DNA of 64,000 nt, from positions 24,986,001 through 25,050,000 of the forward strand of contig JAQFVV010000003.1 of the NCBI GenBank assembly GCA_028023455.1, given 5' to 3'. Both the position numbers and the translations under genes were made by a program. This stretch comes from Epiperipatus broadwayi (taxonomy: Eukaryota; Animalia; Onychophora). The notes under the pieces were generated by a model, which did not search any database, was not told the origin of the DNA, and was given only the letters and a program-made list of their open reading frames with translations. Numbering within the stretch: the stretch's first letter is position 1; the number at the start of each line of letters is the position of its first letter. This document shows positions 51,645-64,000 of the stretch, in pieces.

Positions 51645-51682
51645 CCCCAGACTAGTTTCTCTTTTGGCCTTCATCAGTGAGG
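51645..51682 (-). ncRNA. Family-B minimal hammerhead (stem II damaged)
   Basis: cctca-CTGATGA-AGGCCAAAAGA-GAA-ACTAGT-C^TGGGG. A second partial core lies 55 bp away at 51723-51737. Confidence 0.65.
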
Positions 51683-51840
51683 AGCCTTGGATCTGAAAGC
51701 ACTGCACCTAAATCTTAGGATTCCTTCATCAGTGAGGAGCTTTGGATCTGAGAACTCTGCACCTAGATCTTAGGATCAGAGCACTGCACTTAGATCTTAG
51801 AATCCTAAGATCTAGATGCAGTGCTCTCAGATCCAAGGCT

Positions 51841-51880
51841 CCTCACTAATGAAGGCCAAAATCCAGAAACTAGCCTGAGG
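51841..51880 (+). ncRNA. Family-B minimal hammerhead (core mutated)
   Basis: cctca-CTAATGA-AGGCCAAAATCCA-GAAACTAGCC-TGAGG. Confidence 0.55.
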
Positions 51881-54800
51881 ATATTGGTTGAGTATGCACA
51901 AACCTTCTGGCATTCATTGATTAATATGGCTTGCACTGAGTAGCACTACTGTATGGAGAGTTTTGTCTGATCTGAAGAGTCATATGAGGTGGATTATAAT
52001 TCCTACCCTGAATCAGATGTGTTGGAGGTGGAGAGTTGTAAGTAACCAAATTTTCCTAGATATTTTTTGAGATCTATTTTGCTGTTAATTGAGTATTTCA
52101 GAGAAAAAGTAAATGTGAGGAGAGTATTGTGTAATCCAGTTATTAATTGCAAATAAGTGCTGAAGGAACAACTGTGATGTTGAGAGGCATTTTGAATCTT
52201 AGGATAGACAGGGGAAAGATTGAGCCATAAATATAGAAAGTTTGATAAAGTATGTGTAGTGTAATGTCTATGCTTTATTTGTTGTTTTTTTTTAGATGTA
52301 TGTATTGTGACTACTGCAATCGTCTGGTTTTAAATTCTAATAATGAAATTGTTTAAACTTGTTTTAGACTGTTTTTATAAATATAATACCAATAGTGGTG
52401 AAGAAGTGTAAGTTTAGCTATTTGTTTTTAAGCTCCTTTGTTTGGATTCTAATATTGTTCATGAGAGTTGTTTTCTAAGTTTGTAGAGATCATTGTTTTA
52501 TTTTATTTTTTTTAAGAATTATGGCTACTTTTATAGGTCTCGACATCAATGAAGAAACTTAATTGTTCTGAAGATGGAGTTGATGTACACCTTAGGGGAA
52601 TGTTTGTCTAATTAAATGTTTATCTTTAGTTATATTGAAGTCAGTATTTTTTGAAGTACTAATAAAGACTTTTTTTTTTAAGAGAGAGTTGTAGATCTAG
52701 TTTTAACTGATGTTGTAGACATTTGTGTTTCCATGTTAATGGTTTGACTGGATGTGATAGTTTTATCATCTTTACTTTTTTTTTTACTATGAGTTTCTTA
52801 GGTTTTGTAACAGTTTGAAAGAAGTTGTCATCAGAAGAAGTCTGGTTATCTTCTGTAAAAAGTAGTATTAGCTTATATTTGGATTTCAATTCATTATTTG
52901 AATCAATTATCATTGATTCAGTAAGTATGTTTGCTTTGTGTCCTTTATTTGCAGTATGATAGTCTGTTTAGATTTGTTGTTTTTTTGTTTTTTTTTGTGA
53001 TGTTGCTTGGATTTTCATTTGTGGATGATTGAGCTTATATCTCTATGATTTCAATTGATTTAAATGTGTTAGCATTGCTTTGATTGATTTGTTTGTTATA
53101 ATGCAGATTAGGCACACTGATGTGTTTTCTGCATTTTTAATCCACAGAGCTTACAGAATCTATCAGGACAATCTTTAATGATACGATTTCTGGCTTTGCA
53201 GAGAAATCATTATGGTGGTATGTCATTATTAGGAGTGATGAGTTGGTGGAATGAAGTGTTGGAATGGCTATAGGAGACACATTTTTATTGAGGGCAATGT
53301 TACATAGTCCTGCAGCTTTCATCTCTAGAAAATATCTGAAATTAGATGTGGTTTCATATTTTCCTAGCAGTAATTGGTGAGCTGATCGTGAAATAAATCT
53401 ATCTAGATTAATATAGCATAAAATTCTTCTGTTGATTAAGATGGCATTTTTTTTTAAAAAATTCCTTTTGAGAAATATTGTAAAATTCATTTGCGATATA
53501 TCTGTTATTGTGGAGATCAAGAATCTTATAGATCAGGCTCCATTATTAATAAATTATATAATTCATCTGTTAGAAAATTTAGTTATTTCAATATTAGCAT
53601 TGGTAATTGTGACAATTAACATTTAATGTGAAAATTTTAAAAAGATTTAAGAATTTGTGGCAGAATAGTCAAGTTAAATTTTTCAGTATACTCATTAAAT
53701 TGTTTTGTAGTTATTTTGGATTGGGAAGTTGATGCACTGACAGAGGTGAATGAATTGTTTTGTGCTTCATCTCTTATGAGGATAATTGGCTTTTGAGATG
53801 TCAGTATACTATGAGATTGGAAGTCTTACAAAATAGTCAGCATTTTAAAAAATAGTGGATATTTTTTTAAAAAAATTGCTATAGCAAATAGATAATTGTT
53901 AATCAAAGTAGTAGGTACAAAGTGATGTTCACAACTGCTGCAAACCTTTGCGCAAAAGTTCTCATTTAGAGTGAGAGGCAGGTTGCGTGTATAATTTTTA
54001 CTACAATTTGCAAAAATGGCAAAAAAAACAACAACAAAGTATTATTAAAATATAAGATTAAACTGTGCATATTTCACCTTTTTTTTCTCTCACTTACTAA
54101 TTTAATTTTACATGTCTGTGGATGCAAATTCCTGCTCATATCAAAGTCATATCAAAGGTAAGAATACTTTATCATATTATATAATAAATAATTTTAAGTA
54201 GCCAAAACATGATTTTTTTTAATCCAATTGCAATATGGAAAATACTTAAGAGTTTAATATGCATGCAAACTCACACACACATATATGGCATCAGAAAAAT
54301 TAAAAAAATAAACTAGTAATATAATGTTTTATAACCATAAAATAAACCATGAATTCACAATATAAGCTTTCATGGCATTCATTAAAAGCTATTTATCTTC
54401 ATTAATGTTGTCCACATAAAACTATTTAAATTGCCCAGAATGGTTTACATTAAATTTAGCATTATTGTAGTCATCTTTGAAAAAGTTTTACAAAATTCTG
54501 AACAAAATATAGGTAAAACACCAGTCATCTAAAAATCTATTGTTTAAAAAGTTCTATTATCCCCCCAAAAAAAATTTAAGTAATTTTTTACTTTTTACAA
54601 AAAAATAAATAAAATAAGACATTGAATAAATTAATACATCTAATTGCAGTGAGCATGGAAGTTGGTTTACAATGAAGGAATAAAAAATATTAATTTTTCA
54701 GATTTTTATATTGACAAAATCTTTGAAACCAAAGATTTCAAATTAATAATGTACATAGTATGAGTTATTTTAGACACTTTCACACAGCAATATTCTTCAT

Positions 54801-57199
54801 ATAAAATGAAAAGATTTTATTCATAAATATCAAAGCATTTTAATAGTTAACTACAAATAGAAACAATGGTTTGATGATTTTTCAATACTTAATTTTATTA
54901 AAACTTCCACAAAAATTAAACAGATAAATTAAATATCACATGATTTCCAGTAACTTTTTAAAGTTACCATAGTGAAGGCAACAAATTTCATTTTGAAATT
55001 TCTTTAAAAAAAAAGAGTCTACAATACATAATAAAAATTCTAACATAATTTAAAAATCTGGATCATCTATATATTGAATTAATAATTCTGATATATTAAT
55101 ACAAAAGTTAGAAGATGTTTAAAATTAGTACACAATTAATTCAGAAGCAATTACTGCACCAGATAATGAAATAAAAATAAGGATAAGCTAATTGAATACA
55201 AATTTTATTGCCCGGAACATCAAACAAAGTTTTAAAGAAAGCATTTTACCAGCTGGAGTTTAATGCCACATTATAGAAGTTCCAGCAAACAATAACAACA
55301 AAACTCTGGAAAATAAATCAACAGCAAACAGAGTTGGGATTATATTATTTACATTAGTCATGAACAAAAAAAAAAACTTCTAAATAAAAACCATGGGATT
55401 AATTTTAATTTTTTTTAAAGAGGCTTCACAGACATTTTACAACCGAGTTTATAATGAGTGTGTATTTTATTAGCTTTTAGAACAAGATAGAAAATAAAAA
55501 TCATGTATGTCTTTCAAGTTAATACCACAGATCTACAGCAGAGGCTTCTATATATCTATTTCAATACTTAATAATTAGGCATAAATAAGCAAGGCATTGT
55601 AAAGTAATTCAAAGTATTCATTAAATACAAGTGTTGATTTCTAGCATTGCATTTTATATAATATGAAACCCAAAATATTTTTTAATAAATTGGTTAGCAA
55701 CATGCAAAAATCTGTGGGACTAATTTGGATTGCTATATAGAAAATTTAAATTATGTTAAATGTTATTTTTAAGCAGAGTTCAAAAAATGTAAAAGTCTCT
55801 GCTTAATATATAAAAAAAGGTAAAAATGTTTAGGTAGAATACGAAAAATAGATAAATATACATTGAGTAATGAGTTATAAATAGCAAATGAAATTATTTG
55901 TGGAGAAAAGGATAGAGTTCTTACTTAAAGAGAGAAATTAAGAGTAAATTAAAAATGCTTGGAAGATTACAATTTATAAATGAAAATAGATTAATAAAAA
56001 CAGAGTTTAAATGAATTATGTGAAGTAATTTGTTGAATTAGAAAGGTTTTACAATATTCAAAGTGTTTAAGAAATGAGATAAAGGCACTGAGACTGTATT
56101 ACACAGGAAGGTGGGAAAGAGAATGATAATTTAATTAGATTTTTTTTTTAAAAAGAAGAAAATGGAATATATATCAATTAGTTTGGGGCTATATAAATAT
56201 CTGATACAAAAATATATAACATTAAAGAGAGCTTATTGTTAGTTAGCTAAAAACAGAAGCTTTAGTTTCAAAAGAACTTTTATTTGTGCCTCTTTGCACA
56301 TAGTTGGGAGATAAAACATGTTTACATTGCAAGTATACTGAAGATTATAGTGACTTCATTGTCTGCTTAGCTGTTTCCAATTCTGTAATGAAACTGAAAT
56401 TGTTTCATCCATCCGATCGGAGATCCCCACCAGCACAAACACCATTCATTTTACAAAAAAGTTTTATATACAAATTCCTGGGTAAAATTGTTTTACATCT
56501 ATTACCCTGGTCTATTTATAAATCCTTAACTCAAGGACCTTACAGTACGGCCCAATAAATACAAAAATTTGATAATTGCTCAGACCTGTAGGATCTTCAT
56601 TCTGACTCCTGCATGTCCAAGTCACAAATCATTAAATTACAATACAGTCTAAATTACAAATATTCTACCTCCCCTATTCAGCTATACATAATCCAGTTAA
56701 AAAACAATGTTAGTGATTGCAATATTTAACATTATCAATAGTTCACATCTAAATCTTCTGGGTACAACAATCATCTTTTGATAATCCTGATCAAATAATA
56801 AGTACAATATACAGAGAGCTGTCAAGATGGCCCCACTTAATGAAATACAACTTGAATTTTGTCAGGACCTGCAGGGACTTCACTCTGACTCCTGAGCATC
56901 CTGATCACAATTCATGTCAGTACAAAATATCTGATTAGTAAATCTACAAACAATTATTTACAGTTTTGTACAATAGAATTATATTTCCAGTTTAATGATT
57001 AATAAATAGTTGTCACAAGGATAACCTAATATACATAATAACAGTCATTACTTAGAGAAAATTAATCTAATGAGTTCATTTGAGTAATCTATCAAATTAA
57101 TATAGTCCTTACCGATTTAACTCTGGACCAAGTTTGATCTGCCATCCATTCCTGACACATCATCTTGTCTGTCTTTTACAGCTCTTTAATTTTCTTGAA

Positions 57200-60100
57200 A
57201 AAAATTTGTTCAAAGGTTTCTTCAGTTCCAACTTGAAAATATAAAGATGTTCTGAGCAGTCCAAATGGCAAAGTTCACTTGCGTCGCAAGTCTGATCAGC
57301 CCGAATTCACCTTCTTTTTTGGTTGCTTTGGTAATATTAACTGCGGCAACATTTTTATCTGACATTTGCATTAGAAACCATCTCCGTATATTATTCCATT
57401 TTTTCATAATCTTGCATAATATGTTCATAATCCTCCTCAGTTTTATTGCAGAGAGTGCATAATGTGTCCAAACATCCCTCTCCTATAATTTAGGAAAGCT
57501 CAAGTAGGAAGGACTCCAAGACTGACCTTGAGCAGAAAGTCTACTTCTAATTTTAACCTCTTGGTCAGCCCTGCAAATCCTATTATACTAAGTAAGGGTT
57601 TACTTTTTTCTTCAACCTTCTCATTATGTGAGAGCCCATAAAGATCCCAATAGGATAATTTCCAAGCAAACAAATTGCTGGAAGTCTTGCCATTGTTGAT
57701 GATTATCAAGACCTGTTGCTTCAACCAAACACCCCCTTTGGTGGGGGGGGTCGATCTGTAAGCTCCACTTTAATGGATGGCAGAGAACATCCAACCTTCT
57801 CATTTTTGCAAAACAACCTGACCAATATGTTAAGGATCCTTGCAGGAGAAAATTCTGTAGGGACTGCAGTCCCGAACCATTCAACTTCTTAGATTTTTAG
57901 AGAATCTTCATGCTGATTACTGGCACCCCCCCCCCAGCACAGCTTCCTACATTGCTTTAATTCATTTAATAAATGCCCAGCCCACCAAAAAGTATGTTAT
58001 TTTTGGCAGCACCACTACATTTAGTAGGTGACCTTCCCCAACAATGAGAGAGGGACTATCCTCAATGAATTTACCATTTTTTCGACCTCATCAAACAAGG
58101 CCTCCTCCAGCTCTCTTCTCATAACAATGGGGGAGGGGGAACCAGTCAGAAGCTGAGAAATTTCTGTGGGGGAATAAATCTCTCCAGGATTTGCTTCCCA
58201 GTTCTAATTGACCAAAAGACTGATTTATCCTCATTGACCTTTAGACCAAAGTCATGAACAAACTGATCTAATATCTTCTCAAGCTGACCAACCACATGAA
58301 GAAAGAAACATCACATCATCCATGTAGGAGATGTGGTAAACGCACTCTCCCAGCATCAGAATGGCAACTCTGATTAGAGTTGCCTTGATGATCAACAGGA
58401 GAGAATTGATGTAGATGAGTTCTAGGGGATGAAACACAGGGCCAAAGACATGGATTGACCATCCAAAGACAGAAAAACCTCACAATTTTGCAGTAAGTTC
58501 TCTATCATTTGGAGGTATGCCTTGGGTGCTTTGAGTCCCTCCAGTACACTGAGCAGCACTTCAATTTCTGATGCAATCGAAAGGACCAGCAAAGTCCAGT
58601 TGTACCACGACTGGCAGTTCATCTTTCTATTATATACATGGTCAACTATGAGGCGGAACTTGCCAATGGTGTCAGCAGCAGAGCTCTCCTTCTTAGCAAA
58701 TTGAAAAGACAATTGCTGTATGATGTTCTGCTGAACATCATCCTTGATGATACTTTCAATCATCTTTATTAACAATGGGATCACAGAAATGGGTCTTAAA
58801 TTCCTCAAATCACTAGAACATCAAGGTTTTTCAAAAGAGGCACCATAGCAATGAGATAGATCCCACTGAATTATTGGCATCCATTAGCAAGAAGGTCCAC
58901 CATGGTCTTCACCATTGGAACAGTGAAGAACCTAAGGTGGATTGAACTTGGGAATTTCATGCAGACCAGGGTGAATCCCATCCTGAAATGCTTTGATTTT
59001 GGTGAGGATATAAAATTTCTGTGTTGTGCAAAATCAGACCCACCCCCACCCAAAAGGATCTATGGGACTTAACTGAGCAGATAGGGTTGAATTTTTCTGT
59101 GTAATGTTCCCGGATCCTTATAAGCATGGAAGTTCCCATGTATCAGTTGCTGCCCACCTTAATTGACTGTGGAGCACAGGAGCTCTTGCCATACCCAAGG
59201 GCTCACTGAAGGTAAACCATGGTCCAGCAGTGCTGCAAATGTAAATATTGTCATGCTCTCTTAATCGAGAGGTAATCAGCAATCACTTTCTGATTTTCCC
59301 TGTACTTGGTTTTTAATTCCATAATTTTTGTTATATTTTGTTCCTGAAGGGGAAGAGTGTTCAATTTCTCAGTAATAAAGTCCAGTTCCCTGATTAGATG
59401 CACTGGCCCTTTATTCACCTTCATGCATTCAATTATCTGATCACTCAAAAAAATTTATGAATTTTTTCCATGCGATTTCAGCAGGGAGACTCAAAATCCT
59501 AATCCTTTAAATTCAATGTATGATTCTGAAATCACTTGTAGAGATGCATTTTCTTTTGTTATCATTCTGATCATTTTCTTAAGTCCTGTAATAGTCTGAG
59601 CACCCTCTGCAGGCCAATCTGAACCATAAGTGCCAAGTGATATGAAAAGGCCAATGGTAACAGTTCCGCTTCCATAGAGGTAGAGAGTGAGGCCAACATA
59701 GACATAAGGTCGATTAATGATTTTGCACTACAAATTGTAAAAGGTAAAGGTCCCAGGTGGGTTGATTGATGCAATTAATGTATTTAGATTGAAAAAGTTC
59801 ATAATTATGATTAAAAAATGTATTTAGATTGAAAAAGTTCATAATTATGATTAAAATCACCTATAATAATCATGGGGAAAGGGCTAAGCCTTAATGTTAT
59901 TTATTGCATGGATCACACTATGAATCAGTTCAACGTTTTGAGATAAATAAACATTGCTAAAAAATTAATTGATCGGCCATTGAATTGAATTAAGAAAATT
60001 ATACAGTGAGAAGTAATCCACAGAATCTTAAACCAGGACCCTGGAGCCTTATGGTTAAACAAAATAGCCATCCTCCTGGCAGCAATATTAGAATAGGAGT

Positions 60101-60290
60101 ACTGGAATAAACCTGATTGTCAAAGATTTAGAGTCTTGGAGTCAGGATTGGAATGCAATTGTTTCACAAATGCATAAAATGTCAGGATTCTGCAACCTGA
60201 ACTAATAAAGTAATGCACATGTCCTATCCTTGGAATTCAGCCCCCTGACATTTATAGAGGCAATTTTAAATGTAATCGACCCTGTGTTCA
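57200..60290 (-). pseudogene. ORF2 (APE-RT-CCHC) of a decayed Tx1/L1-type LINE
   Basis: IASINVRGLN..DILCICET (about 60275-60170), IIIGDFN (about 59860, followed by a 40-bp tandem duplication at 59781/59821), IDL..SYHLAL (59571-59774), NLRPISV (58808 region) and IWTAQNIFIF near 57240. Confidence 0.85.
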
Positions 60291-60551
60291 ACATCACAAC
60301 TTACAATGAGTCTCCAGAATCTGACTTTGATTTTTCCACCAACTGAGGGAGTGCCACCTCCCTCTTCATGGCCACTAGAGGAACCACATCAGATAAACCA
60401 ATGGTCATTATCCCAGCAAGACAACTGACTCTCTGAGGGGATAACCATGCTACTGGGAGATCTGAGTCAGAGGCCTCTGACTGCGAGAAGTTAAACTCAT
60501 CAGGTAAAATTACATCCTACTGCGGCAAAGCTTCTATTGGTAAACTCCCCA

Positions 60552-62911
60552 TTAGGAAAACCCAATTCTAATGGGTACTGGTGTATCCAACACATCTATC
60601 ACCATGGAAGATGTTCTAGTTTTCTTCTCCTTGGGTTTTTCAACAAATTCACCATTTTGATTCCCCAGAAGGACAACTAAGTCATCAAGCATTGCCAAAT
60701 CTTCCCAAGTGTGGGAAGATACTGGCTTATGCCTTTTGACTCTGCTAGCTGTTGTTCTTTGAGGAAGTGGCAAGATGACAGGTCTAATTTGAGCCTTTGG
60801 CCATGGCTCCTCAACATGATCCGAGTCCATGCTTAAATCACTTACTTTCCTCTCTTCTTCATTTGTAAATTTTTCCGAGACAACTTGTTGCACATTTCTT
60901 TGTGGAGGCCCCTTCTGCTTCATTGAAACTTTCTTCGATGCCCGAAGTCTAGGCCTGGAATTAGCCGGAGGACTAGACAATAGTCATCTTTAGTGCTTAT
61001 CTCATCTGATCTGCATTTGTGATACCTCTTCTGAATCTGTCCACAACCATCACATCTCCTCTCTGAACAGACTCTCATCAAGTGGCCCCTTTGACTATGA
61101 TGGAAGCACTGTGGAACTCCCTCACAGTGAGATCATTACAAGTGACCCTCTAAACTCAATCAGGCCTGGAATATTTAAAGGCAATACTCCCTTGGCTAGA
61201 AGGATCTTAAAAGTCTGCTGAGCTAGTAAAAATTTCCACATCCAGACCTCGAATTTTCCTATATTAAAATGCTACCACCTTGCCGAAAGGTTCAAGCAGA
61301 GCCTGCAGGTCGGACTTATCAAAACTGAACCCACAATTTCTGGCCACACCATTCTTACATAGAGGCCAATCCAACTCCACAAAGACCAGATGGCAATCCT
61401 TTAGAGTTTTGTGATTGGACTTAAAAGCCTCCTTTATGAACTGGTTATTAAATTGAACCATGACATACCAGTCACTAGGATGAAATAGTACCTTGTATAT
61501 CAAAGTCCACAGGCTGTTATCCTGAAAGAGGATATATAGTTCTTGTATTGGAAATTGGTAGTGATTGATGCTACTGTCCATGGTAAAGAGGATCAGAGTA
61601 CATTGTGTTTATATATTTAGAATGATTTTAATAGGTTAGCATTTATTGACCGATTAAATCTTTCATTTATTATAGAATGTGGTGATGGACCACCTTCATA
61701 ATTGTGACCCACTTGTTCTTCATGAATTTCTATGTCCTCCTCTTCAAGCATTTTTATCTTCATTTTCTAAAAGTTTGTGTAATTTATCAATCATTTTTTC
61801 TTGTGAAATATCTGCTGTTGAAACCTGGGAGGAAGAACCCCCAAAACCATTCCTTTTATTACCATTGCTAATTTTCTGAGCATATGACAGCTTTGATGTC
61901 TTTTCTTTGTCAATTGAATATGTCTCAGTCTTTGGTATATATACTTTTATCCACCTCATTATTGACATTTGAATTAAGTTCTAGAAACTCTTCAACATTA
62001 TTACTTTTTAAAAAACTGCTTTATGATTCAGGGGTTGTTATTCTCACTCCTGTTAGTTGTGGGCTCTTCTTTTGTCTTCTTGGTGTAATCAGACTTATTA
62101 AACCTTTTTACAAGGACTTAAACTGACACAAAGGTTTAGGTTTATCAACATTAGAAACGATTTTTCGGTTAAAACTTCATTAGACACTAATTTAGTTATT
62201 ATCTCAGAACTTTTACCCCTCCCCCTGGCTTGCTTGTGAGTCAACAACTACTTTTGGATTTGATTTTAATGATATATGACTTATTTTTCCATTGGAATCC
62301 CAATTCGTAGTCTTTTTCTTTGAATTTTTTGGGTTTTTTTGAAAAAAAATTTTTTTGAGGGGCGTCACTGTATTATGAGTTTTTTGCCCATAACTTCCCT
62401 CAAGAACATCAGAAGAACCTAATTCTGGTGTTGAATTGAAGATCTGGTCGTCCTTTTTAGTAATCACTTTTGAAAAAGACTTTGAATTAACTCCTTGACC
62501 ATTTTTTTCAAGCTGCAAAGTTTCTCTGGTTTTTCTTCTATAACTTCGCTTCCCAATGGTATTTCTACTTAGTTTTTTCACAGAATTATTCTTATTTAAG
62601 TCCTTCAATGTTTTCTTATGAATTAAAGGTCCCAAAGTTCCTTCTTTTTATGTAGGTTTTTTCATGAATATTTCTTTTTTAAATAATCCTTGATTAACAT
62701 TACAAAACAAATTATTATTTCTTGAATTGAGGTCAAAACTTTCTTCCACACTTCTCTTAACATTAGAATCTGCACTCTTAATACTTTTTTTCTTATTTTT
62801 CTTTTTAGAAACCTTAATAAACTCATTTTCTGTACTACTATCACCTTCTATGTAATTTTCCATTTTCTCAATATTGGTGGTGGCTTTAACCTTGGCAGCC
62901 ATTTGCATCAA
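60552..62911 (-). pseudogene. ORF1 of the same Tx1/L1-type LINE: RRM-like region and two CCHC knuckles, probably with a long K/S/N-rich N-terminal extension
   Basis: DLQALLEPFGKV (61264-61581). GVPQCFHHSQRGHLMRVCSERRCDGCGQ..YHKC at about 61115-61010. ORFs 62648-62911 and 62213-62635 are in frame across one TAA. Continuity through 61744 to 61581 needs inferred frameshifts. Confidence 0.65.
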
Positions 62912-63129
62912 ACAAAATGATTTTTCCTTCTATTAAAAAGTTCTTAATTTTGCTTAAATTCATTTTTAATTAGTATATAAAATACTTACAAGTATGTCAG
63001 CTGTAAAATTTATTAGCAACTCAAGCTTATGACACAAATAAGTCAGCCTCCAGTGGAGCCAGTGAAGACTAAACTTTTCAACATGACGACTGAAAGTTGG
63101 AAAAAAACAGAAGCTTTAGATACCAGAAA

Positions 63130-63470
63130 AAGACAAAATATAAAATTAGAATAGGATAAATTAGAATATGACATAGTTTATGTGGAAATAAGAAGGCAAG
63201 TACTGAACATTTATTTTTGGAAAATTTTATATAAAATGGAAGAAATTTAACTTTGTTGAGAATAAAAGACGCAAAGATTTTATGATTTTTTTTTTCTGAT
63301 TAGATCTTTAATGAAAATGGGTTATTTGAAAATCGGGTAATGGATTTAATAGGAAAAAAAATGAATCCATGCTGGAGAAAAGTATGATGTGGATTTTTTA
63401 TTGTGGTCTATAATAATTTTGGAAGAAAGAAATATTTAATCTGATTAACAGGATTTCTAGGTATATTAGC
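63130..63470 (+). mobile_element. LINE 3' relic (CCHC zinc-finger region)
   Basis: SLCGNKKASTEHLFLE at about 63175-63225. Confidence 0.35.
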
Positions 63471-63597
63471 TATGCACAACACTGCTGAATGTCTAAGAAG
63501 AAGCTGTTTCACACCATGTCATATAAACTCATTAAATGAAATAGGAATGAATATCTCATTATTAAACTTTACAAAATATTTCTAGTATAAGTGATGC

Positions 63598-63668
63598 ATC
63601 TTGTGTGGTTTAGCACAGAGCTAGTGATTGGATTCCAGAGTTAAAATCCCTTGGATGGATTCTCTGCT
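63598..63668 (+). mobile_element. Degenerate tRNA-derived SINE; related copies at about 28615-28665 and 44170-44245
   Basis: Shared core ..ca(a)gag(t/c)taaa(a/g).t.c.tgg(g/a)t. following a tggttt/tgattt A-box-like segment. Confidence 0.3.
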
Positions 63669-64000
63669 ACTAAAAGAAAAAAAAAGTTTAATCATTTGAG
63701 TAAAACTGTTGTGTTTAATTTGATACCTGGGTGCACAAATATCATATAATCAACCAAACAATTGACTACACAATTATTTATTTCATATATGTTATTAGTA
63801 GAAAAATATATTTTAGGTTACTGGGAAACAATGACTCAATGAATAATGTTTATTATAAAAATAACTGCTGAAAGTAGATAACTACCATGAGTCAACTTCT
63901 TTCAAACTCATTAACCAATAGGATTAACTGATCTTAAAACTAAAATGTCAACTAAAATTATGAATCTCTAGATTTCAAATCTGAAATTATTCTGCTATTT

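Larger units (their letters stand above)
51482..51968. mobile_element. Family-B fold-back insertion nested in the LINE endonuclease, 14-bp TSD
   Basis: gat(t/c)tgaagagtca at 51468-51481 and 51969-51982. Inverted arms; the centre has repeated gcactgcacct..atcttagga modules. Confidence 0.85.
48780..53960 (-). mobile_element. Decayed near-full-length LINE (I/Jockey-like group): ORF1 about 53630-52500, EN-RT-CCHC about 52200-48780, interrupted at 51482-51968
   Basis: ILMGDFNM (about 51300), IQLDIVSFFDYV (49898-50221), CSFCYKGEETIQHFFFKCP (48790-49056), and a basic low-complexity ORF1 with zinc-knuckle relics. Clade assignment and ends are approximate. Confidence 0.75.

Noticed and set aside
36885-51968. 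Family B as a MITE with TIRs (CAGGCAAAACTCTC)
   Set aside because: Arms are asymmetric, one always extends beyond the apparent TIR, TSDs are 14 bp and hammerheads are present. This fits retro-insertion better than cut-and-paste.
19568-52576. Isolated CTGAAGA matches (19568, 51972, 52568)
   Set aside because: No stem II, GAAA or NUH in the right arrangement; 51972 lies within a TSD of LINE sequence.
55255-55310. Possible minus-strand micro-exon SFVVIVCWNFYNVALNSSW
   Set aside because: It has good-looking splice sites but is too short to distinguish from chance, and no neighbouring exons could be linked.
59778-59857. 40-bp tandem repeat as a separate element or CRISPR-like array
   Set aside because: It is a simple duplication of LINE endonuclease coding sequence next to GDFN, with no spacers. 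No CRISPR-like array was seen anywhere in the window.
3-63000. Most 60-100-aa ORFs in the six-frame track
   Set aside because: They are low-complexity F/I/L/Y/K-rich readings expected in very AT-rich DNA, or antisense shadows of TE ORFs (for example 34048-34287, 34614-35039, 36248-36568, 16938-17225).

Overview
Very AT-rich eukaryotic DNA, probably intronic or intergenic sequence from an invertebrate. No host gene can be firmly supported and nearly all short ORFs in the track are noise or transposon debris. Recognisable content is a nest of retroelements: (i) a near-intact 5'-truncated RTE-clade LINE (33845-36610) with a 12-bp TSD, a (GAT)n tail and one frameshift; (ii) two long decayed LINEs on the minus strand (I/Jockey-like at about 48.8-54 kb, Tx1/L1-like at about 57-62.9 kb); (iii) two solo LTRs with clean TSDs; (iv) several decayed Penelope-like elements (PLE; RT plus C-terminal GIY-YIG). 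The most interesting layer is a set of small non-coding fold-back insertions (about 6.0, 15.2, 19.7, 36.9, 43.5, 44.6, 47.9 and 51.5 kb). Most have 13-16-bp TSDs and most carry minimal type-I hammerhead ribozyme motifs pointing outward; two have tRNA-derived Pol III boxes. One of them, a young 2.4-copy array of a structured 333-bp unit, has the same architecture but no recognisable hammerhead. All calls were made by eye, without database searches or folding software.
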